From NCBI RefSeq assembly GCF_000281045.1, contig NW_008246109.1:201491-265490 (forward strand): a stretch of 64,000 nucleotides of DNA, given 5' to 3'. This document shows, one piece after another, positions 1-12,823 of this stretch (within the stretch, counting starts at the first letter, position 1; the number at the start of each line of letters is the position of its first letter). The notes beneath the pieces were generated by a model. It was not told the origin of the DNA. It was given only the letters and a program-made list of their open reading frames with translations, and did no database searches. The DNA comes from Saprolegnia diclina VS20 (lineage: Eukaryota). Made by a program: the position numbers and the translations under genes.

Positions 1-718
1 CTTAGTACTAGATAAAGTGCTCTGAAGTACGCGGCGTCGCGAGGCAGTGCTGCTTTGGTGGTGCTTCGGTGGGGTCACAGACGAATAAGACAACGCACCA
101 TAACATGATGATGCGCTGTCCACGGAGTGATCATGGCTGGGGTAATCACTGCCGTCAATTGTAGAGTCCCCATACGAGCACTGGGCGGCGAAAGACCCAG
201 GTTTACATGAAATACACTCTGTTCACCCTTCAACGCTCAACTATTTAAGCTCTGTGCGCTCGACTTTCGATTCATTTGCAATTGTACCTATTTGCTTTTA
301 TTGTTTTGACGTGACACACTCACAAGCCCCAAATACAAAGTGCAACCACGGAGCTTATCGGATACGGATTTACAAAGTAATCCGACGAGTATCAGTACGG
401 ATCGGCTGGCACTCGTTGCGTCCGCACCGTGCACATGTCAGTATTCAAAGTGAAATGCTGGCATTTTCGAGACTCTACGGCACATACCGCGCCTATATGC
501 AGGAACCGACCCTCTCTCTGAACCATCCGCGCAGCCTCAATTGGCAGACCACCCCAACCTCACGTACGACCAATTGTAGACTGCAACCTTCGGCCAAAGA
601 CACTGCAGAAGTCGCTGGCGGCCCTCGACGATACCCAGAATCCATCTACTGCACGTAGCTTTGCTCCCGACGCTGGAAACGATCAAGCAAAATGCATAAG
701 CTCGTTGGAGTATTGATC

Positions 719-1037
719 GGGTGCGGATTAAAAATGAGCGGAGCCCGGTAGAAAAATGAGCGAGGCCCAAAATGAGCGAAAATGGCGGAAAAATGAGCGA
801 AATTGCCCACAATTACCCTTCCCCTTTCCCTGGCAGAGCCTTTGGCGGGCCAAGAGTGCCGGCTCGGGTTAAATTGGACAACGGATTTGCACTTCGTGCA
901 AACCCGCAGCCGATTTAACCCTTTATACACATCGCGTCCGCTCATTTTTCTGCCGTTTCCAGCCTCGCTCATTTTTCTGCCGTTTCCAGCCTCGCTCATT
1001 TTTCTACCGGGCTCCGCTCATTTTCAAAAAAAATTCG
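719..1037. mobile_element. Non-autonomous foldback/MITE-like element, probable 9-bp TSD (MULE-like)
   Basis: Perfect 35-bp inverted repeat at 731-765 and 990-1024. Four AAAATGAGCG motifs on each side, in opposite orientation. Direct repeat GTATTGATC at 710-718 and 1038-1046. Confidence 0.75.
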
Positions 1038-1941
1038 GTATTGATCCTATTCTCCGACGAGATGGGTCCACTACGAGAGGAGCCTCATCGTGCCAACTCT
1101 TACAGTCAAGCATCAACTTGCACGCATCCAGCACCATCTAATCACTTATTTTATATAGTATTTCGATGTCTATCAATGAGACCATCACATGATGGTCTCG
1201 CCGAGCTGTCTCGCCGTGTGTGTATGATGGTCGATCAATCCGATCATCCGGCCATCCGGATGACGCAGTGCTGCTCGAGCTTGTGCTCGAGATCGCTGAT
1301 CTGCGCGACGTTGTCGCCTTTCTACCTGCCCTATCGCTGCTGCCGCCAACGCTTGAAGCGCTTCTCCAGCTTCACCAGTCGATCGACCCCCCATGAGCCT
1401 CCAAAACATTCCACAGCGCGCCATGGACCTTGGCATCACCGCACCAGCTGCCTTCTCGCACGTCTCTGTGGCACCAGCCACGAGCTTCCGGTGGCTCTTG
1501 GCTCCCTTGACGCGAACTACCTGCGTGCGGATGCCTCTCAAGTCGTGCGACGAAACATCACGCGGGATGCATCCTACTTGCTTGTAGTGTATCCAAGGAC
1601 GCAACGTCCACATCCTGACCTTCATTCAGAGAAAGTGGTGTCCATGCGACATGTCATTTGTACAATGTATGCAGGAAATCGGACACGCCGGTGTTGGACA
1701 AGGCAGTCTGGTACGTGTCCAGAATGTGCATGTCTGGACGACTTGGAGATCCAAAAGGAGCTTTTTCTGGTCCGCCAAAATATGTCTACTATCCAAGTGC
1801 ATTGTTTTGGCCAACTGGATAGATGGATAACGTCGGATGGATACAAAATTTGCACCAGATTCGTCAGCTGTCGCACTTATACCAAATTATCCGGATGATT
1901 GCCGTTTGGGACTCCCGCTGCATTGTCCAACTTTCGACATC

Positions 1942-2709
1942 ATGGCGACGTTTGCCTGCCTTGCGCTCATGAAGCACGACCTTTTGCGCCTCGTCGGCTT
2001 CCCGCCCGAAGCCAACGACTGGATCAGCCAAGCGATCACGCGCTCGTGGCCCGACGGCATCTGGTCCTCCAAGCCCCGCCCGCGCTGCTTTGAGTTCAAG
2101 CTTGGCGGGTCGCCGTGGGTCCCCAATGGCCGCTCGACCGTGCACTCGCGCTACCTCATCCTCGAAATCCTCATTGTGCTCAAGCGCCACGGCTACACCC
2201 TCCACTCGTCCAGCGACATCTCCAACTCCCAGTACACGCGCGACACGCTCGTCTTCCGCCATGGCATCGCCGACGAGTCGCCCACGATGTTTGCCATCTC
2301 GACCAACTCGAGCGACCTCCTCCGCTTGCTGCGCGCGCCCACCGAGCTCCAGCCCGTCATGGAACAGCTCATCGCGCGCCACTGGCCGGCGGGCCTGCAG
2401 CGCAAGACGCTCGACTACGTGCCGGGCTGCGCCGAGTTCAAGTTTAGCGGGTACCCGTGGAGCTTCAACGGCGACGACAGCATTGACGCGCGCATTTTTC
2501 TCCTGCATCTTTTCGCCAAGCTCGAGGAACTCGGCTGGTTCTTGTACGGCTCGATCGGCCAGACCAGCAACGGCGAAGGATACGCCAAGGACACGTGGTT
2601 CTTCCACTACATTGCACCGAATGCGGTCCCTCTCGCCGTCCCGCTCCAGAAGAACGTCGGGTATCCCATGGCGCCCGCGTCGGCGCCCGAGTACCTCAAG
2701 TACCAGTAA
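1942..2709 (+). CDS. Uncharacterised two-repeat protein (LRL..P...W..G...EFKL.G.PW family), intronless
   Basis: Strong GC3 codon bias from the ATG at 1942. Two ~105-aa internal repeats. INR/FPR-like GCATTGTCCAACTTTC just upstream. A decayed paralogue lies at 14826-15582. Confidence 0.85.
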   Translation: MATFACLALMKHDLLRLVGFPPEANDWISQAITRSWPDGIWSSKPRPRCFEFKLGGSPWVPNGRSTVHSRYLILEILIVLKRHGYTLHSSSDISNSQYTRDTLVFRHGIADESPTMFAISTNSSDLLRLLRAPTELQPVMEQLIARHWPAGLQRKTLDYVPGCAEFKFSGYPWSFNGDDSIDARIFLLHLFAKLEELGWFLYGSIGQTSNGEGYAKDTWFFHYIAPNAVPLAVPLQKNVGYPMAPASAPEYLKYQ

Positions 2710-3052
2710 TCGTTTTATAATTTCAGTATATATTTCGCTGTACGGAACTAAGAACTGCGTCCTCTTAGCCCATGCTCCTTAGCTATGCTCCTTTGTCCTC
2801 TTCACCCAGCCCTAGCAGCAGTCCATCGACGGGTTGACATTTTTGTCGAGCCGATCGATCCCTCCCATGCAGCATGGCGCCTTTGATGGCACTCTGGCTC
2901 CCGCGACAGACACCATCTACCCTCGGCAGCACGCTGGCAGCTTCCATATATTTATTCAGTATCTAGGAGGACGTGCTCGGCGCGTCTGGGGGACTGCTGC
3001 CAGTACTCGGAAGGCTGCTCTCTACACGGAACACGTCATTATACCACCGGTT

Positions 3053-4731
<1,679 letters not shown>

Positions 4732-5212
4732 CTATAAAACGTACTTGCGTTAAACGGCCCGGGCCTCAAAGCAAAGACGCAACGCGGACAATCGAGGCGC
4801 TAACGATATAGATGCAACCTAACACAACTGAAAGCGATGGGATTGGCGCGTGCTACGTCGCTTTTGTACTGTCACGGAGGGAATAACTTGCCAAGCGCTG
4901 GCTCACATAGTAAAACGCAGGGTAAAACATAGGTAAAACAACGTCAAACGGCCAGGCATCCGGATACGACACGTGGACGATCGAAATTTTGGCGACGTCC
5001 CCACCTTCCTGAAACCTCGTCGGCAACTCGACGACTCGCACTTCATAGCCCGCATCAACTAGTCATTGTGGAAAATATTGTCGATAAATTCTAGTTAGTT
5101 GGCTGCAACTAAAGTCTGCGGAGCGTCGGATCGTTCGCAAGTGACAGAGCTTGTGGCGACGCTTGGAGCCGACTAGGTCGTACGTACTGTACATGGACAG
5201 AGATTCAAAGGG

Positions 5213-6145
5213 TCAAACGATTAACGCAGGCTCTGGCCGGGCGTGCGGGCGTCGCTCCATCCAGCGCCACCAGAACGCGAGGCTTGTCGGCAGGAGAATC
5301 TCGAGGACCAAGTAGATGGGGTACGGCACGGGCGGCGTGGATCCCACGACCGGTGCGATCCAGAGACCGCGTCGATACGAGTCGCGCAAATGGTGGCTCA
5401 ATAAGCACGCCTAAGGCGACGAATGAGGTCATCGCAGAGGTACACGCGTCGACGCAGCACCAGCACAAAGGCGACAGCGCGCACGCGGTGGGCCACGGGA
5501 CACGTCCACCACGTCAGCAGCGCGATCGCTGCCACGAAGGCCACCGCGTGGCCAAACGGGCGTTCCTACAGACCCCATTTGAATCGATATCATCGTGCAG
5601 ACGTGTGTCATACGCTGAGGGACGTGGCCGCGCGAAAGCTCCAGCCCGCGGCAACGATAAAGTGGTCGAGGTCGAGAAGACTGCCGGTGAAGAGCGCGGC
5701 GACGCCTTCGAGAGGTCGCAGCGAGAGGCGCGGGAAGGCCACGGTGCACGTGAGCGCCCATGAGAGGAGCGCGATCGTCGCATGCGCCGCATTGTCCACA
5801 AGTCCGTAGAAGATGCGCCAGTCGCTCCAGCACGCTCTACCTCGATGCATCTGGCGTCCATCCTCGCACCCGCATGCAGAAATCTCGTACCGGTGGTGCA
5901 GAAGCGAGTCGGACAAGAGGCAAATCGATAGCAGCAGCAGGCAGAGGCTGGTCGTCGACGCGTGGACCGGCCGGCTCGCCGCCCTGCGCGCGCGGTAGAG
6001 CGGGCTAGGCGCGCCATGAGAGGCCGCAGGAAGATGCGCTCGACTACCGTAGGACGAGCATCGCGTTGGCGGCGAAGCCCAAGGCCAGGAGCATGAGCGT
6101 GGCGACGACATGGCCGACGTCGTCGCAAGCAACCGGCCCAAGCAT
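5213..6145 (-). CDS. TMEM267: TMEM267 (C5orf28)-like membrane protein, ~3 introns
   Basis: Spliced motifs DNAAHATIALLSW, SLLDLDHFI, RPFGH, SHHLRDSYRRGLW. Confidence 0.75.
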
Positions 6146-6173
6146 GTTTTCACATTGGTGTGGATTAGCCTTA

Positions 6174-6211
6174 TTTGATTGGCGGTTGGGAAAGTATTTC
6201 AGCCAATCAAA
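6174..6211. promoter_or_regulatory. Inverted CCAAT-box pair in an 83-bp bidirectional promoter
   Basis: TTTGATTGGC (6174-6183) and GCCAATCAAA (6202-6211) form a perfect 10-bp inverted repeat between divergent ATGs at 6145 and 6229. Confidence 0.6.
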
Positions 6212-6228
6212 CAACCGAATTTGGTGGA

Positions 6229-6738
6229 ATGCCACGCGGGACCGAGCTCTCGGTCGTCGAGCGGGCGTCCATCTTGGCCATGCGCGGGAATGGCATGAGC
6301 GAGCGCAAGGTAGACGACGACGCCATGAGCTACCTACGCATGAAGCGCGCCCATGGCTCGTAGATTGCGCAGGAGATGGGGCGCTGCGTGAGCTGCATCC
6401 GAGGCTTCCTCGCCCACCCGGACGCGTATTGCACCAAGAAGCGCATGGGCCGACCGCGGCGCCTCTCACCCGACGTCGAGCTACAGATCCTCGATGCTGC
6501 GTACAAGGACAACCTCACGGCGGCCGAGATCATTGCTCGGCTCAACCTCAACATTAGCGTGCGCCAGCTGCAGCGCCTGCTCCGGGAGAAGCGGCTCGAG
6601 CAGGAAGCCGCCGCCGCCATGGCGTCGCCGCCGACCGACCTATTCTTTGCGTCCGACGACGAAGCGTCGGCGAGCTCGATTGATGTTTTCTCGTTCATGC
6701 GGCGGCCCTTTGACGACGACGACGACGCCTTGTCCTGA
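6229..6738 (+). CDS. Tc3-transposase-type bipartite HTH DNA-binding protein lacking a DDE domain (151 aa; intron 6310-6363)
   Basis: Spliced product MPRGTELSVVERASILAM...IRGFLAHPDAYCTKKRMGRPRRLS...TAAEIIARLNLNISVRQLQRLL resembles the Tc3A N-terminus. Canonical 54-nt GT-AG intron containing an in-frame stop. Acidic C-terminal tail. Confidence 0.85.
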
Positions 6739-6981
6739 GCCTCTGCACTTCCTGCCCGTCCTCCCACCGTCACCTCTGGTCATCGACGTTCCATGAACAC
6801 ACAGATCGAGCGCGTATGCAGCAAGGAATATATTGAAATCTTTGGACGTAAAAGAGTGCGGTGGCTGGGAATTGAACTGGGGCGCTCAATCCACTGCACC
6901 AGAATGGCCCTTGACCCTGTTTGTCAGGGATGCGTGTGGCCATCACTGTCCTCGAGCGGAAGGAATCCACTAGTAATGGAG

Positions 6982-9900
6982 CTAGGTCGCCGCTTCGAGT
7001 CCGCTGGCCCGCGAGCTTTTTGTCAGAGAGGTTGGAGACAGCGGCTCGAGCCGCCCGCCGTCGAGCCGCAGCACGACATCAAACGTCTCCAGTTGTTCAA
7101 CCCGGTGCGTGACCAGCAGCACTGTGACGTGGGCCAAACTCAAAATCAAACTCAACACGCGGCGGTGCGCACGCGCGTCGACGTGCGCGGTGGCTTCGTC
7201 GCACACGAGAATGCGCACGTTCCGCAGCAATGCGCGGGCGAGTGCGAGCAGCTGGCGCTCCCCCGCGCCAAAGTTCGCGCACTCCACGCGCATCTCGAGG
7301 CTATCCACGCGGGTGTCCATACCGACACGGCGCAGCACCGCCCACATCTACACCATTATCTTTACGTTCGCGCGGTTGCGGTGCGCCATAGACGCCTACC
7401 TCGTCGTCCGAAACTTGCGACGTGGCGTCGGCGAGCGTCTCGCGAAGCGTCTCGCCAAGGAGCACTGCGTCCTGGGGCACAAAGCCCACGGCGGCCCGGA
7501 GCGCGTGGGGAGCTACTGCTGTACCACCAACGCGAACCTCGCCAGAGTCGACAGGATACAAGCCCAGAAGCACGTGCAGGAGCGACGACTTGCCGGCGCC
7601 CGTTCGACCCACGACCGCCGCCTTGGCACCAGGTGCCAACCTAAACGAGACACCGTCCAAGACGCGCGTGTGCGACCCGGGGTACGTCAAGCACAAGTTG
7701 TCGACCTGCAGATCACCATCCGCAATTCGCTCGGGGGCATGCCCCGGGGCGTCCGCATACGTCGGCATCGGTGTTGCTTGCTCTGTGAGCGCCACGACCC
7801 GATCGACCGAGACGGCTTCGAGCTCGATGGCAACGAGAAGCTTGAGTGCCCACCCGAGGCGCGCCGGAAGCTGCACAGCGTACGTGAGCACGAGACCGGT
7901 CGTCGTGGCCGACACCGAGTCGGCAAGAAACGTCGTGGCGACGCCTGCGCCAAGGACGACCAGAGCGCCGAGCCCTTCGAGCCACACGGTGACCCACTGC
8001 GTCGCGATCGTAGCAAGCCAGGACGCTTGGATGGCGACATCGATCTGCGCCTGGAACTGCGTTTGAAGCATGCGCATCAAGTCAAAGGCGTCGACAGAGC
8101 TGTGCCCTGCGATGGCCTGCCGCGCCCACGCCAACACGGGTGCCCGGGCAGCGCGCTCGAGACGCTGCAGCCGCCGACCAGGCCCGCGGTACAAGGCGTA
8201 CAGTACGTAGTAGGGTCCAGTGAGTCCGACGACTGCGACGAGTGCGCTTGTCGGCGCGATAGACGCGAGTGCGAGCACCGCAGCGCCGACCTGGAGCGCG
8301 TACGCAGCAAAGTTGGCGAGGACGCTGGGAAGGGCTTCGTCGATCGCGCCAACGTCTTTGGTGCACCGGTTGAGGATGCTGCTGGACGATCGCTGCTCGA
8401 AGAATGCCATGGACGCGTGTACAAGGTGGTGCAGCAGCGTCGCATGCAGCCGCGCGGCGCCCCGGAGCGCGAGGTCGACAAACCACAGCCGGTGCGTCGA
8501 GGCGACGACGCACGTGGCAACACTGACGCCAACGGTCGTCCACGGCGTCCCCTTGGTCGTTGCCCACGTAGCGAGGACGTACGTGCCACTGACGAGGCCG
8601 ATGTGCTCGGCCACAAGCAGCACCAAGTAGCCGCCGAGCCAAGGTATCTGGCTCAGGTAAGCGCGCCACACTGCCTGGTAGCTCGATCCAGAGACTGCTG
8701 CGTCGTCGTCCACGTCCGTGATCAGTGTCGGCGGTGACAATGCCTCGGTGGTCGGTGCGTCGGCGTCCAACGTCAGCATGCTCTCGGTCGCTGGCGACAC
8801 CGCGTGTTCTATGTCAACACGAGAAATGACTACGAACGATCGATGAAAGGTTGTACCCCTCGATGCGTGAATGGCCGTGACGCCGCGCATGGCCACGGGC
8901 TCGAAGTGGAGGCGCAGAAATGGAACCGACGGACGCAACGTCGGGGGCGCCACGAGGACTTTGGTCAATGGCACGAGCGCAGGGTGGTGCAACAGTTGCT
9001 GCCACACGTGGCGTGCGACAACTGGGTCCAAGCTCGCAAAGACATTGTCGACGAGTAGAATGTCGTGTCGGGCGTAGACCGCACGCGCTACATTGATTTC
9101 ATAAGCAACTCGAACAACATAGCGACGCGGACCAAGAGAGACGCGCTGCTTTTGACCTCCCGAGAGCGCAGCGCCACGGTCGCCGGCGCGAAAGGCGTCG
9201 CCGTCGGGCCACGCGGCAATGTCGGCGCCCAGTGCGCAAATGCCCAGCGTCGCTTGATACCACGACCAATCTAGTCGCTTCCCGCAAAGAATGTTGGCGC
9301 GGATCGAGGTATCCAGTATCCACGGGTTCTACACCGCTCGCCCGTTCGTATTTTACGATCGACGCTTCCAACGTACCTGCGGGCAGTACGCCATTGAGCC
9401 AGCGACACGCAAGGCGCCGGTAACGACGGTCGGTAAGCGTAGCAGCGTCGCCAGAAAGGTCGACTTGCCACAGCCCATGGGTCCATCGCAGAGAGCCACT
9501 GCGCCCCGACTTAGCGAGAGCGAGACGTTTTGAAACACGGGCGGGGGCCCGTACGTCCAGAGACTCGCGACGTCTCGGAGCTCGATGCTACCGGCCTCGA
9601 GACGAGGTTCTTTGGTCGACGACGTCGACCGCTCGTCGGCTGCGAAGAAGCGCTCGAGACGCTGGAGGGACACGCGCGCGTCAATGACCTTTGTGAGGAT
9701 CTGCGGCAGCCGCTGGAGCGGCCCCGCTGCAATGCCAAACCAGGCAATGGCAGCAAACACTTGCGACGGCGGCAACTTTCGGATGCAAGCAAACGTAGCC
9801 ATCGGTGCCAGCAGCTGAAGACACGCAACAGCGCTCACGTTGATCGCGTGCCAGCGCTGCTTGGTGCGAAGTGCCGCAAGCTCTTCATTCCGCGCGGCGC

Positions 9901-11363
9901 GTGTGGACGCGAGCACGGTGGCTTCGTACGCACAGCCGTGGAGCGTTGTGGGAGCCGCAAGAAAGGACGCTGTGCGCTGCAGTCGACGATCGCGGCTCGC
10001 AAGGTGGGCCCGACTTGCAGCTTTCAAGCGTCGGCTCAAGAAGACTGCCAGCGGGATATAGAGCAGCTGGAGACCGAGCCAGAGCCACACGGCGGGACCG
10101 AGAAGCTGCAGCAGCGCGAGCAAGGCAATACTGAGCGCGAGGCCGCCGCTCCACGTGTCCCAGTGCATTGCGCAGACAACCGACGCGTCGGCAATCTTGC
10201 AGGCGTCAGTCGCAAGCATGTTGGTGAGAGCGCCGTCGTCGTACGTGACGCGGGCAGCGGCACTGAGCCGAAGGGCTTTGTGTAGCACGAGCTGCTGCAG
10301 TAGCGAGCGCGTCTGAAGGCCGCAGCGCACGGCGACGGCCCAAAACTGATGCTCAAAGATCGACTTGGTCATGATCGCCGCATAGAGCCCGAGGGACCAG
10401 AGCAGCCCGCTCACAATGCGCGCCTCGCTCGAGTGCGGCGTCGGGTCGGAGAGCACGCGCAGGAGACGCTCCAGCGCATACGGCGTCAGAACGTTGCCTG
10501 TCGTCGACACGAAGAGCAAGGCGCCAGCACAGTAGAACGACCAGCCGCAGGTCGCATGGAGGTGCCGAAGAAGCGATGCACGTGGCCGACGGCGCACGCT
10601 GTCTTCGTATCGCAATTGGATGACGCTGGCGCTGTCGTCCGAGCGCACGGCTGGCAAGTCGTCGAGGCCGAGCGGCTGCGGCTGGCGGAGGAGGGGCCAA
10701 ATCCACGTAAAGAAAAGCTTGCTCATGACGGACGCGTCGCCTTCGGGCGTCGCGGTGTGAATGGCGGCTACTTGTGTGGCGAGGTAGCAGGCGACGACGG
10801 CCTTGAGAAGCATGATTGTCGTATCTGCGATCAATGCCAAATCGTGTGCGGCAAGCACGAGCGGTCGCTGGCGCTGGAGCACGACCGGCGTCACGGCGAG
10901 CAGTCGCGCGAGCGCATCGAGGAAAAAGAGATGGCAAAAGGCGTGGACTCGGTGTGGATAGACGCACAGCACGATACCTATACAGTTGGCCGATCGAAAA
11001 GAGTCTTTGACAAAGCATTGTGGTCGTACTGGTGTGCAGGCCTTCGACGAGACAGAGCGTCCCGGCAGCCACGTGACTGGGGCTTAGCGCCACCGGAGAC
11101 GCGACAAAGTAGACGCCATATGCAGCGTTGAGGAGGCTGGCGGCCACGACAGCGTACGCAATGTGTGGCGGCATCGATGATGGGCGGCGAGCCGTGTGGC
11201 CAACATACGCGCCGAGCCCGAGGAGCCCAAACTTCCAGACGCTGGCGATGCACAGCGACGTTGTCGCGCAGGGACCGAGGCGAAGCGGCACAAGGAGCAC
11301 GTCGGTGTCAACGCGCCAGAGCCACGTGGGCTGGTTGCCACACCACCAGCGCAGCGGCTCCAT
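6982..11363 (-). CDS. ABCC/MRP-family ABC transporter, several introns
   Basis: MSKLFFTWIWPLL (L0 region), TMD1, NBD1 (GPMGCGKST, LSGGQKQR), TMD2 (ILNRCTKDV), NBD2 (GRTGAGKSS, FGAGERQLLALARALL, DEATA). Confidence 0.9.
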
Positions 11364-11469
11364 CGTGCAAGATACCGGCCAAGTGCAAACCTCTTGAATC
11401 CGATGCGATGGATATCAATTGTCAGAGGTTCTTATTGACACGCAAGATTTCTTAGCCGGATTTACCGGG

Positions 11470-12045
11470 CTAACCGCGGCGTCCATAGACGAGCCGCCAC
11501 CAGCGACGACAGAGACCCATCCAGAGATGGCGCAGAGACTCTGGTGCGGCGGCCATAAGCACGGTGCTAAAGAGCCAACTGTTGCCGCCGCAGGCCAACC
11601 AGGCGGCGAGAACGAGGCGCATATCTTGTGCGTGACGCAGGCGCATCGTGAGGGTAGCATTGCGAGTCGCGAGCGCGTGAACCAGCATCGTCACCACTTG
11701 CATGGCCTTGGTTTGCGCGGCTTTCTGGTTGGCGCGGGTCTTGGCAGTGCGGATGGCTTCTGCTGCGATGGCCATGTCCATGCGCGCCAAATCGGCGGTC
11801 GCGCGCTTCTGACAGAAATCGAGCGACGCGGCCAGCGCAGCCATTGTCGTCTCTGAGTCGCAGACGACATCTTCGTGCTCGGAGCGGTCGTGGCTGCAGC
11901 TTTGATGGCCCACCGGGCCCTTGCTAACGAGGAGCGTGTCGGCCGCGTCCTTCTCAGCAAGGAGAGCGCGGCGATGGCGATCGAGAAGCGTGTTGAGCAC
12001 ACCCATGAAGTCGAGCATGGTTGAGATCGTGCGTGGCGACAGCAT
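11470..12045 (-). CDS. Hypothetical helical/coiled-coil protein
   Basis: ~190-aa ORF with gene-like codon bias between two clear genes. No recognisable motif. Confidence 0.5.
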   Translation of the reverse strand: MLSPRTISTMLDFMGVLNTLLDRHRRALLAEKDAADTLLVSKGPVGHQSCSHDRSEHEDVVCDSETTMAALAASLDFCQKRATADLARMDMAIAAEAIRTAKTRANQKAAQTKAMQVVTMLVHALATRNATLTMRLRHAQDMRLVLAAWLACGGNSWLFSTVLMAAAPESLRHLWMGLCRRWWRLVYGRRG

Positions 12046-12823
12046 CTTGGGCTGATGGTGCTGCTTGCTAAATGCTCGAAAGCGAGTCTTTTTCATAGTC
12101 GTTTTTACGTTCGACTTGTAAAGGTTACGAGGGAGAAGGGCACAGGAAAGGGTGGTCGGTGCTGGGTTCTCTGAGGCTGAGCAGCGTCACTGTGTGGTGC
12201 GCTGATCCCGACGCTGCAACAGAGCAAACACGCAGAGCGAAGCCACCTTCTGCGCTGGCGAGACCGCGTACTCTGAGCCTGTTTGGAGACGTCCCTCTTG
12301 CTGCTGACCAAACGCCACGGTTTGTCCAATACTAGCTTCATGCTCGACGCTGTCGCCACTCGAAAGGCAACGATCTTTCTTTCTATTAGCAATTAACTTA
12401 TTGTCCATCGAATCGCGTGCAATATTGTCATCTGACAATATGACAATCAGGTCCCGGTGCCCGACTTTCGCATATTTGGTAGTAGCTCCATCTGGGGTTG
12501 CCATACGCACTGCGAGAGGGATCGAGACGCCGAGAGATGCAACAAGAGATGGCCCGCTGCTGCGGTGACCGCGTAGAATGAGGTATGCGACGCTCCATAT
12601 CGCGATGAGATGATGATGAACCAAGCGGTTGCCATCCCACAAGGCGGGTACGACAACACGAAGGAGATCCAGCCACGTGCAAGCAAGAACGACGAGGAGA
12701 ACGAGATCGCAGCCACAAGACCAATTCGGCTACATGCAAGAAGGTTGCATCATTTACACCAGCCAAGCGAGTGAGTTAGCGCAGACAGACTCGAAGGCCA
12801 AAGAGACAAAGTGAAGTGGTCGA

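Noticed and set aside
646..999. ORF with MSEAGNGRK repeats
   Set aside because: It is a translation of the foldback element's 27-bp tandem units.
1050..1900. Possible gene relic with coiled-coil-like fragments on the minus strand
   Set aside because: Multiple stops and no recognisable family.
7109..8737. 542-aa + strand ORF, and similar long shadows at 39677-41413 and 42503-43948
   Set aside because: Antisense to the ABCC and PA200 genes; Arg-rich, motif-free translations.
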